Part shown: positions 1-16,119 of the stretch, piece by piece
Layout of the letters: each line of letters begins with the position of its first letter
Numbering within the stretch: the first letter of the stretch is position 1
Assembly (NCBI GenBank): GCA_964016885.1
Contig: CAXHJY010000072.1
Coordinates: forward strand, 1 to 64,000
Length of the DNA stretch: 64,000 bases
Reading direction: 5' to 3'
DNA from: Eledone cirrhosa
Taxonomy: Eukaryota
Program-made: the position numbers and the translations under genes
The notes under the pieces: model-generated
What the model was told of the DNA's origin: nothing
Seen by the model: only the letters and a program-made list of their open reading frames with translations
The model's database searches: none

Positions 1-1083
1 CCAAAGTCAGTAGTGGGGTCCCACAAGGCACTGTGTTGGGCCCACTTCTCTTCATCATCTATATTAATGACATCACTGACATCATCAAACACAGCAACAT
101 TAAAATTTTCGCTGATGATTCCAAGCTCCAAAAGGTCATCAATGGCGTGGATGACCGGATAAGCCTTCAGTCAGATCTACTGGCTGTTACCCAATGGGCA
201 GAAAAGAACAACATGTTACTGAACGAAGACAAATTCGAACTGATCCACTTTGGAAAAGAGGATGCTCTGAAACTCCCGTACTCCCTTCCCTCCGGGGAAA
301 CTCTCGTGGCATCTAACAACATCAGAGACTTGGGAGTAACCGTGGACAGCAACATAAGCTGGACCACGCATATAAGCAGCAAAGTTGACATGGCCCGCAG
401 AATGTGTTCCTGGATCCTCAGAACCTTCCAGTCGAGAGATTCCCGCACCATTATCCTTCTCTTCTCTACTTTCGCCCGACTACACCTTGAATACTGTTGT
501 CCACTGTGGTCTCCCCACACGAAACAAAGTATCATGAAACTTGAAGCTCCTCAAAGGGCAATCACGAAAAAGATAGATGGCATGTCAGACCTTGACTACT
601 GGGGTCGATTAGAAAACCTGAAACTTTACTCACTCCAACGTCGCCGTGAGCGTTATATTATCTGCATGATGTGGAAAATGTTCCATCATCACTGCCCAAA
701 TGATGTTGGCATCGCCTTCAAGATACACCCAAGGCTTGGGCCCCGTGCTATCCGTCCCATTCAAAAATCTAAATCGCAACTCATAACAACAATACGGCAC
801 AATTATTTCACCTCAATCGGCCCTGCTCTCTTCAACATCACACCAGGACACGTCAAAACAGAAACTGACCACACAAAATTCAAGAAGTCTTTGGACAAAT
901 TCCTCCAAGTAATCCCGGACAAACCACCCACACCCGGATATGTCTCCGCAAACAGTAATTCTCTTCTCGAATGGGCCATGGTGCCCAAATCCTGAATTGA
1001 AAGACTTCGCCAGGTGGTGCTATTAAGTTAGACATGGCCTGGGCCAATACTGGCCAAAACATTTCAAAGTTATTCAAAGTCAT
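1..1083 (+). mobile_element. 3' part of CR1/L2-group LINE including short 3' UTR, ending in (TA)n
   Basis: RT ORF, then about 90-nt UTR with hairpin GGCCA-ATAC-TGGCC and a short TTCAAAGT repeat running into (TA)n. Confidence 0.85.
3..995 (+). CDS. LINE (CR1/L2 group) ORF2 reverse transcriptase, C-terminal part, open at window start
   Basis: Uninterrupted frame with [50 protein letters not shown]; stop TGA at 993-995. Confidence 0.9.
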   Translation, partial: KVSSGVPQGTVLGPLLFIIYINDITDIIKHSNIKIFADDSKLQKVINGVDDRISLQSDLLAVTQWAEKNNMLLNEDKFELIHFGKEDALKLPYSLPSGETLVASNNIRDLGVTVDSNISWTTHISSKVDMARRMCSWILRTFQSRDSRTIILLFSTFARLHLEYCCPLWSPHTKQSIMKLEAPQRAITKKIDGMSDLDYWGRLENLKLYSLQRRRERYIICMMWKMFHHHCPNDVGIAFKIHPRLGPRAIRPIQKSKSQLITTIRHNYFTSIGPALFNITPGHVKTETDHTKFKKSLDKFLQVIPDKPPTPGYVSANSNSLLEWAMVPKS

Positions 1084-1424
<341 letters not shown>

Positions 1425-4010
1425 ATTACTCTTTTACCTGTTTCAGCCATCCGGCTGAGGCCATGCTGGGCCACCGCCCTTGTTGCTACACATTTTATCT
1501 CCAGCCTGTATAGGTTGGCCACTGGTGTAGGAGGGAGTTTGTTGCTGCTGCCCTTAGGTTTCCCTCGTGTCTTGCTGTGGGCTCATCCGGGATCCTGGAT
1601 AACAAGGTGTCGAGATGTTTCTTAAAGACATCCCCCTCCACGTCATGCAAGTCTCGCAGATGCCTCGGCAGCCTGTTGAAGAGTTGAGGGCCCTTGAATC
1701 CAGGCTATTGCAATACCTGCTCCTTATTCTAGATGTGGAAGACGGGATCTTTGGCACCACACAGTGACGTCCTGTTCGGGACGGTTGGTCCAGCACCCAA
1801 TGCCAAAGTTTGGTGCTAGTCCCTCCAGGATTTTCACATGTAGATCACTGCGTATCTCTCCCGTCTTCGCTCCAAGGAGTAGAGGTTCAGTTCCTTCAGC
1901 CTCTCCCAGTAGCTTGTCTCCCTCATCTTGGCAATCCTCTTGGTGTAGCTTCGCTGGATTGTCTCAAGCTCTGTGGTTAGTTTGACACTATGGGGTGACC
2001 ACAGCTGGGAGCAGTAGTCCAGGCGGCTTAGGACAAAAGTCCTCCACAGTGTCAACATGGTGTCTCGATCTCTTGTAAGGAAAGTCCTCAAGATCCAGCC
2101 AGCGAACCGTCTACATGCTGTCGCCACCTTCATGATGTGTGAAGAAAAAGATGCATCATCGCTCATGTCTATGCCCAGGTCTCGTATCGATTTTGACACG
2201 GGGATATCGGTCCTCCTGGTCCTGTGTAGCTGTGTTCCGCTATATTTGTGTTTGTGGTTTGCAGGTTTGTATTGTAGGGCTTGGAATTTGCCAGCATTAA
2301 ACTGCATGTTGTTTTCTTCCGCCCATCCTGTATATGGCATCCAGATCCTGCTGTAAGAGGGCAGCGTCAGCCGGGTTTTGATTGCCTGTGCTACCTTAGT
2401 GTCATCAGCATAGCTAGTGAGGGATGTTGTTGCATGCACCGACAGAGGGCATGTCCGAGAGAGCCACCACAAACAGTAGTGGTCCCAGGACTGTCCCCTG
2501 AGGCACCCCACTTGTTATCGGTGTTTCCATCGAGAGGGCCCCATTGCTGCGATGCCTGGCTTCTGTCCCTTAGGAAGCCATGCAGCCACTCACCTACTTT
2601 TCCAGTTATGCCGAGTCCGTGTAGTTTGTGACATATCATTCCGTGGTCGACCTTGTCAAAGGCCTTCGCAAAGTCAAGATATATCACGTCTACATGTGAG
2701 CTGTCTAGTAGTTGTCTCAGTACCCAGTCGTAGTGATGTCGCAGCCGTGTAAGGCAGCTTCTTCCTGGGCGGAAGCCATGTTGCGTGCTAGTCAGGCGGT
2801 CATTTTCTTCGAGGAAAGTGATTAGTTTCTTTCTGACGACTCGGCTCCATGACCTTACTGATATGCGACGTCAGGGAGACTGGCCTATAGTTCTTGGCCT
2901 CCGCTCTACTACCTCCTTTATGGATAGGGCATATTGTGCCTTCTTTCAGCTCCCTGGGTAGTACACCGCTAGCCAAGGAGCTTCTGAAGAGCATCTTCAG
3001 TGGAGTTGCTAAGGCCCGCTTACATATTTTTAGGAGAACTGCTGGGAATCCATCGGGTCCAGCAGCCGAGTCTGTTCTAATTTCATCAATGGCGTACACC
3101 ACATCCTCCTTCGTTATGGCTATGTGGTTGATGGGTTGCCATTCTTGATGTAGTGTTGTGGAATCAAAGAACTCCTCTGGCTTCGTTATTTGCATGTGCC
3201 TCAGTGGACATGTGAAGACACTTTTGTACTGTTCGTTCAGTATTTCACATATCTCTTGGGATTTTCGGTTAATGAACCGTCCATGTGGAAGAGTGGTCCA
3301 ATCTTGCAGTGTACTGAGGCAGTTTCTTTTGCAAATTTAAAGAAGGTCTTAGGGTTTGTTTTAATGTTTTCTATGGCCCTGTTCTCTTTCCTTGCCCTCT
3401 CATTCTCATGTGAAAGCTTGAGTGCAATCTCGGTGTCAAGTAGTGCACGTTTCAAATAGGATTCCTTCTTGTTTTGGTTTTGTTGACTATTCAACTGGTT
3501 TGAGAGTTAGTTCTACGTCTCATAAGGATTTCCTATCTCTGGGAATAAGATTTTTGTGTCTGTTTGCCTCTTTCTCCGGGACACACTTTTTGCATATGGT
3601 GTGTATCGTTGTCATGAAGTGTTGAAATTGTGTGTTAGTGTCTTGTGTGGCGATGTTTGCACTCCATGTTTGCTTCCGGATTTCACTCTTAATCTTCTTC
3701 CAGTCAGCCCCGTAGAAGTTAAGGCTGGATAGCGTCCCGGAGCTTCTTGGTGGTTTTGTCTCTGTTGGTTCTCTTGGACCACATATCATTAGCTCTACCA
3801 AGTTATGATCCGAGAGAATTGTTGGTGTCACCTTTACATTGTGGATGAGCACTTCGTTGTTTGTAAAACAGAGGTCCAGGACATTTTCGCCTCTTGTTGG
3901 GAGGAGTATTGCTTGCTCCATAAACAGCCTGTGTGTGAGGGCCAGCAGGGATTCCGTCTGTCTCTGTTCTATTGACGTCATTCCAGGGAGGAGGTGGCCC
4001 TCAGGAAGCC
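1425..4010 (-). mobile_element. 5'-truncated, frameshifted CR1/L2-group LINE (APE endonuclease C-terminus + RT)
   Basis: Minus-strand ORF pieces: [14 protein letters not shown]...LSDHNLV (APE), GPDGFP, NYRPVSLTSHISKVME, IYLDFAKAFDKVDH, YADD, YSLERRRERY; several frameshifts; 3' UTR ends at the (TA)n tract. Confidence 0.9.
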
Positions 4011-4054
4011 ATATATATATACATATACATATATATACATATACATATATATAC

Positions 4055-4101
<47 letters not shown>

Positions 4102-4108
4102 CATATAC

Positions 4109-4141
<33 letters not shown>

Positions 4142-4195
4142 CTTATATATATATATACTATATATATATATACATATATATACATATACATATAC

Positions 4196-4274
<79 letters not shown>

Positions 4275-4310
4275 CATATATATATATACATACATAATAT
4301 ATATATATAC

Positions 4311-4389
<79 letters not shown>

Positions 4390-4434
4390 CATATATATAT
4401 ATACATATATATATATATACATATATATATATAC

Positions 4435-4493
<59 letters not shown>

Positions 4494-4506
4494 CATATAT
4501 ATATAC

Positions 4507-4553
<47 letters not shown>

Positions 4554-4593
4554 CATATATATACATATATATATATATACATACTATATATAC

Positions 4594-4674
<81 letters not shown>

Positions 4675-4676
4675 CT

Positions 4677-4731
<55 letters not shown>

Positions 4732-4828
4732 CTATATATTTGTGTTTGTATGTATGTGTGTGAGTGTATTTACTTGTGTGTGTGTGTGTGTATATATATG
4801 TATGTGTGTATGTATGTATATGTATGTG

Positions 4829-4859
<31 letters not shown>

Positions 4860-4970
4860 AGTATATATATATATATATGTATGTGTGTATGTATATGTAT
4901 GTATATGAATATATTTATATATATGTGTGTGTGTTTTTATGTGTGTATATGTGTATGTGTATGTGTGTTT
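4011..4970. repeat. (TA)n/(TACA)/(TG) compound microsatellite
   Basis: Direct reading. Confidence 0.95.
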
Positions 4971-5172
4971 ATGGTTGCGTCGTGAGTGTGTGAGTGAGTA
5001 TGTTTTTTGTGAATGTGTCTGTTGATTTTTGGCATATAGTTGATTAGTTTAAAAGAAGTTCGAAGATAATTGTAAGATATGCACTCAGTATTTGAATCTG
5101 TCTACAGAATTCTCTAACCTTTGTCACTTAGTAGAACCTTAATGATTTTAGCTTTTAAAGAATATCCTTTTC

Positions 5173-5535
5173 ATTAATTCTATCTACCATGACTGACCCC
5201 CCACTGATCTTATAGACATCTGTTAGCTTAAGAGAAACTTAATGACAAGGAATGGTATGCCATCCGGAACCTGTTTATAGAATTCTGTCTGCCTTTGTTA
5301 CTCTAAAAACATAAATAAATATAAATAAAAATAAACTATAGCTTTGTAGAATTAGCTTTTAATGAATCCCCTTTTCTATCAACCAATGACCTACACCCAT
5401 CCCACTCCCCACCCTCTCCTACCACTTGTAGAGACCTATAAATACCATTTTTATTTTTTGATCCCCATATCCCTGATGATTTCTAAAGAATGAAACAGTT
5501 CTAGTCCCTGTAGAATCTCATCTATGTTAAAACTA
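5173..5535 (+). mobile_element. Non-coding HHR-bearing element (Penelope pLTR-like), same family as 45956-46722
   Basis: Near-identical by eye to 46302-46655; ends in (TA)n; may extend left to about 5040. Confidence 0.75.
5468..5516 (+). ncRNA. Hammerhead ribozyme-like motif (type I)
   Basis: CTGATGA(5473)-tttc taaa gaat-GAAA-cag ttctagtcc ctg-TA; stem I weak in this copy. Confidence 0.55.
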
Positions 5536-6032
<497 letters not shown>

Positions 6033-6033
<1 letters not shown>

Positions 6034-6636
6034 GGGTCACCACTTGGTGCTACTGGTAACATGTATCCCAGTACAACCTGTCTCATGGTCGGGTCGTTGG
6101 CGACTAAACTGGCAACCCCACCAAGGTTTCTTAGTGAGGAGGGTGACTTTGGACATCCTGCAGGACTAAAAACAAAACCTGTCAAAGGGCAAAGGAGCTC
6201 TTAAGAGTCAATGGCCATCCAAAATCACTGGGAGAGATGAACCCCTTAGCCTTTGTCAAGGCAGAATTCTAGGAGAAGAAAACTCTGATATAACACCTGC
6301 AACCCTGATGGTATCCAATGATGTTGACTTGTTCTTCTTTTTGGTAAATATCATCTTGGTTAAGCGAGTGGGACTGGCTTTGTGCAGTGCCTTTGCTCAC
6401 TATAAAAGCTTCACGGCACAGGCATTGCTTTATATCTGGAGATCTCTCTGCACTTGTCGTCACATGGTACATGGGCCCAGCACTATGTGTCAATGATTGT
6501 CACAAGTGTAGTGTTTGCACCAGAGTTTTCAAGTCGCTGGCTGGACTAAAAAGTCACACTCGTTCAGCGCATCGTAGGGGTTCTCCTACATGGATATAAA
6601 GTAGTGGCTGTACTCGAGACGAGTTGGCAGCCACCA
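6033..6636 (+). mobile_element. Non-autonomous RTE-derived retroelement (about 600 bp)
   Basis: 3' part encodes the C2H2 finger [22 protein letters not shown] typical of RTE ORF C-termini; 3' hairpin GTGGCTG..CTCG-AGA-CGAG..CAGCCAC; flanked by (TA)n; second copy at 6711. Confidence 0.65.
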
Positions 6637-6710
6637 TGGTATATATATATGTATGTATATATGTATGTATATATATATGTATGTATGTATGTATATGTAT
6701 GTATATGTAT

Positions 6711-7122
6711 CACCGGGAGAGATGACCCCTTAGCCTTTGTCAAGGCAGAATTCTAGGAGAAGGAAAACTCTGATATAACACCTGCAACCCTGATGGTATC
6801 CAATGATGTTGACTTGTTCTTCTTTTTGGTAAATATCATCTTGGTTAAGAGAGTGGGACTGGCTTTGTGCAGTGCCTTGCTCACTATAAAAGCTTCACGG
6901 CACAGGCATTGCTTTATATCTGGAGATCTCTCTGCACTTGTCGTCACATGGTACCATGGGCCCAGCACTGTGTGTCAATCATTGTCACAGGTGTAGTGTT
7001 TGTACTAGAGTTTTCAAGTCGCTGGCTGGACTGAAAAGTCACACTCGTTCAGCGCATCGGTAGGGGTTCTCCTACATGGATATAAAGTAGTGGCCGTACT
7101 CGAAAACGAGTTGGCAGCCACC

Positions 7123-7123
<1 letters not shown>
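6711..7123 (+). mobile_element. Second, 5'-truncated copy of the RTE-derived element
   Basis: Aligns by eye with about 6227-6636, with few differences. Confidence 0.75.
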
Positions 7124-8284
<1,161 letters not shown>

Positions 8285-8511
8285 ATTGGAATAAATGCTC
8301 TGAAATAGCGATATATATGTGAATATAGACACAGAATATTCGAAAATATTCTGTATGTTATAATAAACATTTTGAAGACCTAATCGCTATAGAATAGAAT
8401 ACGTCACGTATTACAATTAGATTCTCGATAAAAGCAAGGAAGTAAGTCTACGCGTTTCATTCTTGTTAGAATTCATCAGGACTACATATCCAGTGCTTTT
8501 ATCGAGAATGA
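8285..8511 (-). repeat. Inverted partial copy of the 311-bp HHR unit at the head of the array
   Basis: Reverse complement of the unit from CATTCTCGATAAAAGC through the HHR to CATTTATTCCAAT. Confidence 0.9.
8445..8483 (-). ncRNA. Minimal type I hammerhead ribozyme (inverted copy)
   Basis: Minus strand: agtc-CTGATGA-attct aaca agaat-GAAA-cgcg-TA-gact. Confidence 0.85.
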
Positions 8512-11500
8512 AACGCGTAGACTTACTTCCCTTGCTTTTATCGAGAATCTAATTGTAATACGTGACGTATTCTATCTATAGCGATTAGGTCTTCAAAATG
8601 TTTATTATAAACATACAGAATATTTTCGAATATTCTGTGGTCTATATTCACATTATATCGCTATTTCAGAGCATTTATTCCAATTTCTAATTTCTGCCGG
8701 ACCGCAACCGCTCTTTCAAACCAGTTCCTGTACACAGCTAAGTATTCTATAAGTCTCTAGCTGTGTCATTCTCGATAAAAGCACTGGATATGTAGTCCTG
8801 ATGAATTCTAACAAGAATGAAACGCGTAGACTTACTTCCCTTGCTTTTATCGAGAATCTAATTGTAATACGTGACGTATTCTATTCTATAGCGATTAGGT
8901 CTTCAAAATGTTTATTATAAACATACAGAATATTTTCGAATATTCTGTGTCTATATTCACATATATATCGCTATTTCAGAGCATTTATTCCAATTTCTAA
9001 TTTCTGCCGGACCGGCAACCGCTCTTTCAAACCAGTTCCTGTACACAGCTAAGTATTCTATAAGTCTCTAGCTGTGTCATTCTCGATAAAAGCACTGGAT
9101 ATGTAGTCCTGATGAATTCTAACAAGAATGAAACGCGTAGACTTACTTCCCTTGCTTTTATCGAGAATCTAATTGTAATACGTGACGTATTCTATTCTAT
9201 AGCGATTAGGTCTTCAAAATGTTTATTATAAACATACAGAATATTTTCGAATATTCTGTGTCTATATTCACATATATATCGCTATTTCAGAGCATTTATT
9301 CCAATTTCTAATTTCTGCCGGACCGGCAACCGCTCTTTCAAACCAGTTCCTGTACACAGCTAAGTATTCTATAAGTCTCTAGCTGTGTCATTCTCGATAA
9401 AAGCACTGGATATGTAGTCCTGATGAATTCTAACAAGAATGAAACGCGTAGACTTACTTCCCTTGCTTTTATCGAGAATCTAATTGTAATACGTGACGTA
9501 TTCTATTCTATAGCGATTAGGTCTTCAAAATGTTTATTATAAACATACAGAATATTTTCGAATATTCTGTGTCTATATTCACATATATATCGCTATTTCA
9601 GAGCATTTATTCCAATTTCTAATTTCTGCCGGACCGGCAACCGCTCTTTCAAACCAGTTCCTGTACACAGCTAAGTATTCTATAAGTCTCTAGCTGTGTC
9701 ATTCTCGATAAAAGCACTGGATATGTAGTCCTGATGAATTCTAACAAGAATGAAACGCGTAGACTTACTTCCCTTGCTTTTATCGTGAATCTAATTGTAA
9801 TACGTGACGTATTCTATTCTATAGCGATTAGGTCTTCAAAATGTTTATTATAAACATACAGAATATTTTCGAATATTCTGTGTCTATATTCACATATATA
9901 TCGCTATTTCAGAGCATTTATTCCAATTTCTAATTTCTGCCGGACCGGCAACCGCTCTTTCAAACCAGTTCCTGTACACAGCTAAGTATTCTATAAGTCT
10001 CTAGCTGTGTCATTCTCGATAAAAGCACTGGATATGTAGTCCTGATGAATTCTAACAAGAATGAAACGCGTAGACCTTACTTCCCTTGCTTTTATCGAGA
10101 ATCTAATTGTAATACGTGACGTATTCTATTCTATAGCGATTAGGTCTTCAAATGTTTATTATAAACATACAGAATATTTTCGAATATTCTGTGTCTATAT
10201 TCACATATATATCGCTATTTCAGAGCATTTATTCCAATTTCTAATTTCTGCCGGACCGGCAACCGCTCTTTCAAACAGTTCCTGGTACACAGCTAAGTAT
10301 TCTATAAGTCTCTAGCTGTGTCATTCTCGATAAAAGCACTGGATATGTAGTCCTGATGAATTCTAACAAGAATGAAACGCGTAGACTTACTTCCCTTGCT
10401 TTTATCGAGAATCTAATTGTAATACGTGACGTATTCTATTCTATAGCGATTAGGTCTTCAAAATGTTTATTATAAACATACAGAATATTTTCGAATATTC
10501 TGTGTCTATATTCACATATATATCGCTATTTCAGAGCATTTATTCCAATTTCTAATTTCTGCCGGACCGGCAACCGCTCTTTCAAACCAGTTCCTGTACA
10601 CAGCTAAGTATTCTATAAGTCTTCTAGCTGTGTCATTCTCGATAAAAGCACTGGATATGTAGTCCTGATGAATTCTAACAAGAATGAAACGCGTAGACTT
10701 ACTTCCCTTGCTTTTATCGAGGAATCTAATTGTAATACGTGACGTATTCTATTCTATAGCGATTAGGTCTTCAAAATGTTTATTATAAACATACAGAATA
10801 TTTTCGAATATTCTGTGTCTATATTCACATATATATCGCTATTTCAGAGCATTTATTCCAATTTCTAATTTCTGCCGGACCGGCAACCGCTCTTTCAAAC
10901 CAGTTCCTGTACACAGCTAAGTATTCTATAAGTCTCTAGCTGTGTCATTCTCGATAAAGCACTGGATATGTAGTCCTGATGAATTCTAACAAGAATGAAA
11001 CGCGTAGACTTACTTCCTTGCTTTTATCGAGAATCTAATTGTAATACGTGACGTATTCTATTCTATAGCGATTAGGTCTTCAAAATGTTTATTATAAACA
11101 TACAGAATATTTTCGAATATTCTGTGTCTATATTCACATATATATCGCTATTTCAGAGCATTTATTCCAATTTCTAATTTCTGCCGGACCGGCAACCGCT
11201 CTTTCAAACCAGTTCCTGTACACAGCTAAGTATTCTATAAGTCTCTAGCTGTGTCATTCTCGATAAAAGCACTGGATATGTAGTCCTGATGAATTCTAAC
11301 AAGAATGAAACGCGTAGACTTACTTCCCTTGCTTTTATCGAGAATCTAATTGTAATACGTGACGTATTCTATTCTATAGCGATTAGGTCTTCAAAATGTT
11401 TATTATAAACATACAGAATATTTTCGAATATTCTGTGTCTATATTCACATATATATCGCTATTTCAGAGCATTTATTCCAATTTCTAATTTCTGCCGGAC

Positions 11501-12379
11501 CGGCAACCGCTCTTTCAAACCAGTTCCTGTACACAGCTAAGTATTCTATAAGTCTCTAGCTGTGTCATTCTCGATAAAAGCACTGGATATGTAGTCCTGA
11601 TGAATTCTAACAAGAATGAAACGCGTAGACTTACTTCCCTTGCTTTTATCGAGAATCTAATTGTAATACGTGACGTATTCTATTCTATAGCGATTAGGTC
11701 TTCAAAATGTTTATTATAAACATACAGAATATTTTCGAATATTCTGTGTCTATATTCACATATATATCGCTATTTCAGAGCATTTATTCCAATTTCTAAT
11801 TTCTGCCGGACCGGCAACCGCTCTTTCAAACCAGTTCCTGTACACAGCTAAGTATTCTATAAGTCTCTAGCTGTGTCATTCTCGATAAAAGCACTGGATA
11901 TGTAGTCCTGATGAATTCTAACAAGAATGAAACGCGTAGACTTACTTCCCTTGCTTTTATCGAGAATCTAATTGTAATACGTGACGTATTCTATTCTATA
12001 GCGATTAGGTCTTCAAAATGTTTATTATAAACATACAGAATATTTTCGAATATTCTGTGTCTATATTCACATATATATCGCTATTTCAGAGCATTTATTC
12101 CAATTTCTAATTTCTGCCGGACCGGCAACCGCTCTTTCAAACCAGTTCTGTACACAGCTAAGTATTCTATAAGTCTCTAGCTGTGTCATTCTCGATAAAA
12201 GCACTGGATATGTAGTCCTGATGAATTCTAACAAGAATGAAACGCGTAGACTTACTTCCCTTGCTTTTATCGAGAATCTAATTGTAATACGTGACGTATT
12301 CTATTCTATAGCGATTAGGTCTTCAAAATGTTTATTATAAACATACAGAATATTTTCGAATATTCTGTGTCTATATTCA
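8505..12379 (+). mobile_element. Retrozyme-like tandem array: about 12.5 copies of a 311-bp non-coding unit, one hammerhead ribozyme per unit
   Basis: CTGATGA cores at 8798, 9109, 9420, 9731, 10042, 10353, 10665, 10976, 11286, 11597, 11908 and 12218 (spacing 310-312); units differ almost only by 1-nt indels; (TA)n on both outer flanks. Confidence 0.88.
8794..8832 (+). ncRNA. Minimal type I hammerhead ribozyme (first of 12 complete plus-strand copies; predicted cleavage after 8828)
   Basis: Stem I agtc/gact, core CUGAUGA, stem II AUUCU-AACA-AGAAU, GAAA, palindromic CGCG, GUA cleavage triplet. Confidence 0.88.
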
Positions 12380-13195
<816 letters not shown>

Positions 13196-13309
13196 CGTTA
13201 GAATATGTGTAATAAGGCCAAGACAATGCAGATATGGACATAGAAAAAGAATGCAATAGTGAGAGATATTGATGAGAATTCGTCTTTCACCTTGTATTTA
13301 TTTAAATGT

Positions 13310-13343
13310 CCTTAATTTTCGAGATAATATTCTTCTTCGGAGG
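13310..13343 (-). ncRNA. Degenerate minimal hammerhead in the Penelope 3' region
   Basis: cct-CCGAAGA-aga atatta tct c-GAAA-at-TA-agg; U4C change in the core. Confidence 0.45.
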
Positions 13344-13718
13344 GAAGTAAAAGTCTCAGACCAGCGTCTAAATTCCCAATGAAGCCATGCTGACCGGAAA
13401 TAGTATAGAGTTCTAACTTTAATATCAAAGAATTAAAATTAGGTGGGTAAAGAGTAGTCTCCCTTTAAGAGGGGTTTGTTTATGTTTTTGTTGTGTTTTT
13501 TAAATTTTATATGCGTGCCTGTATATGTGTGTGGGAGAAAGCATGAAGGTGTAGGTATGTGTGTGTGTGAGTGTGGGAAGATAGGTCTAATCGTAAAAGT
13601 GGGGGGTAGGTGTTATCTGGTGTTAGAACTGGTTTTGTGTGTGTATGTGTGAGAGAGGAATAAGTGAGGTGTGTGCGTGCGTGTGTGTGGGGTGTGTAAA
13701 GTGGGGCTAGAGGCCCTA

Positions 13719-14462
13719 TCAGGTTATAAATTGGGTGTTGAGCTCTAGTCTATTATTGATTGGTGGATGTGTTCTATCTATAATGAGTGCTTCCTTGATT
13801 CTAAGATTACCGAGGTTTCTTTCTTTAGTTTCTATCCTAACTGTTATGTTTTTATCAGTGTTTTTGCATTTAACTAGGTGTTTCTTAAATGAGGAAGCGT
13901 TAGTATTGAGGTGTTCTTTTATTCTTATGTGGAGTGGTCTGGTGGTGCTACCTACGTAGAAGTTGTTGCATTTGTCACACTCTAGTCTGTAAACTACGTA
14001 AGCCTGGTGGCATAGGTCTGTGTCCGTTGATGGGGCAGTTGGCTAGTCCTGCAGCAGTTGTCATGTCTGGTGGAGTGTCTCTTAGCTAGCCATCCACGCA
14101 AAGCAGGACCCGAATGGGCCAGTTGAATATCCAGACCTTCTCGTCTGATGGCTCTGCGGATGGCTGTTGTTGTTTCTTCACTGAAGTGTGGGAGCTTCAG
14201 GAAGCAAGTGTTAGTGCTCGGGTGTGGGTGTCCTCTGTTCTTTCTGGCACGGTTTGTGGTGGATGTCGTGTATCCGTTCAGTTTGAGTACTTCCAGGAAA
14301 TGTGTGGTGTGTGTGTCTCGGTCTCTGGCGTCGGTGCATTTGTTCTTGATACGTGCCAGTTCGTTCTTTATGTATCCGAACTTGGCACCGAGTGGGAGGG
14401 CCGATGTGAAATGTACGAACAGGTCCCTGCTGGCGGATTTTTTATAGAAGCAGGTGTGGATG
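13719..14462 (-). pseudogene. Penelope-like RT C-terminus and GIY-YIG endonuclease (frameshifted near 14000-14050)
   Basis: [19 protein letters not shown]...LKLNGY...LKLPHFSE, then DLCHQAYVVYRLECDKCNNFYVGSTTRPLHIRIKEH...IKEALII...PPIN; stop TGA at 13721-13719. Confidence 0.87.
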
Positions 14463-15853
<1,391 letters not shown>

Positions 15854-15991
15854 AGTATACTAGGGAGAGGATCAGGGGTGTATAACACTCCACTTATCCA
15901 GCAGGCAGTATAAGGTTAGCTCGATGTCTGAGGACAGAGCCGTGATATAATAAATAACAAAGAACGCCTATAGCATATGCATATCTTTACT

Positions 15992-16037
15992 TGCTAACAT
16001 TGTTTCATCCGCACTATAAGTGGGACTTATCAGAGCA
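15992..16037 (-). ncRNA. Hammerhead-like motif (G8A core variant) in a pLTR-like insertion spanning about 15855-16862
   Basis: tgct-CTGATAA-gtcc cact tat agtg c ggat-GAAA-caatg-TT-agca; resembles the 30953-30999 motif. Confidence 0.55.
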
Positions 16038-16119
16038 TAAAGGTTAATTACATACCATACAAGCAATAACAAATCCAAGACATTGAAGAATGAAAAATAA
16101 TAGAAGATAAAGGATATTA

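Larger units (their letters stand above)
13196..14462 (-). mobile_element. 5'-truncated Penelope-like element (RT thumb + linker + GIY-YIG endonuclease + 3' pLTR-like region)
   Basis: Coding remnant at 13719-14462, degenerate HHR at 13310-13343, both ends in (TA)n. Confidence 0.85.

Noticed and set aside
8505-12379. CRISPR array or protein-coding repeat
   Set aside because: Units are identical end to end with no unique spacers, no cas genes are present, and the context is eukaryotic. The 84-aa ORF at 10061-10315 is open only because of indels in one unit.
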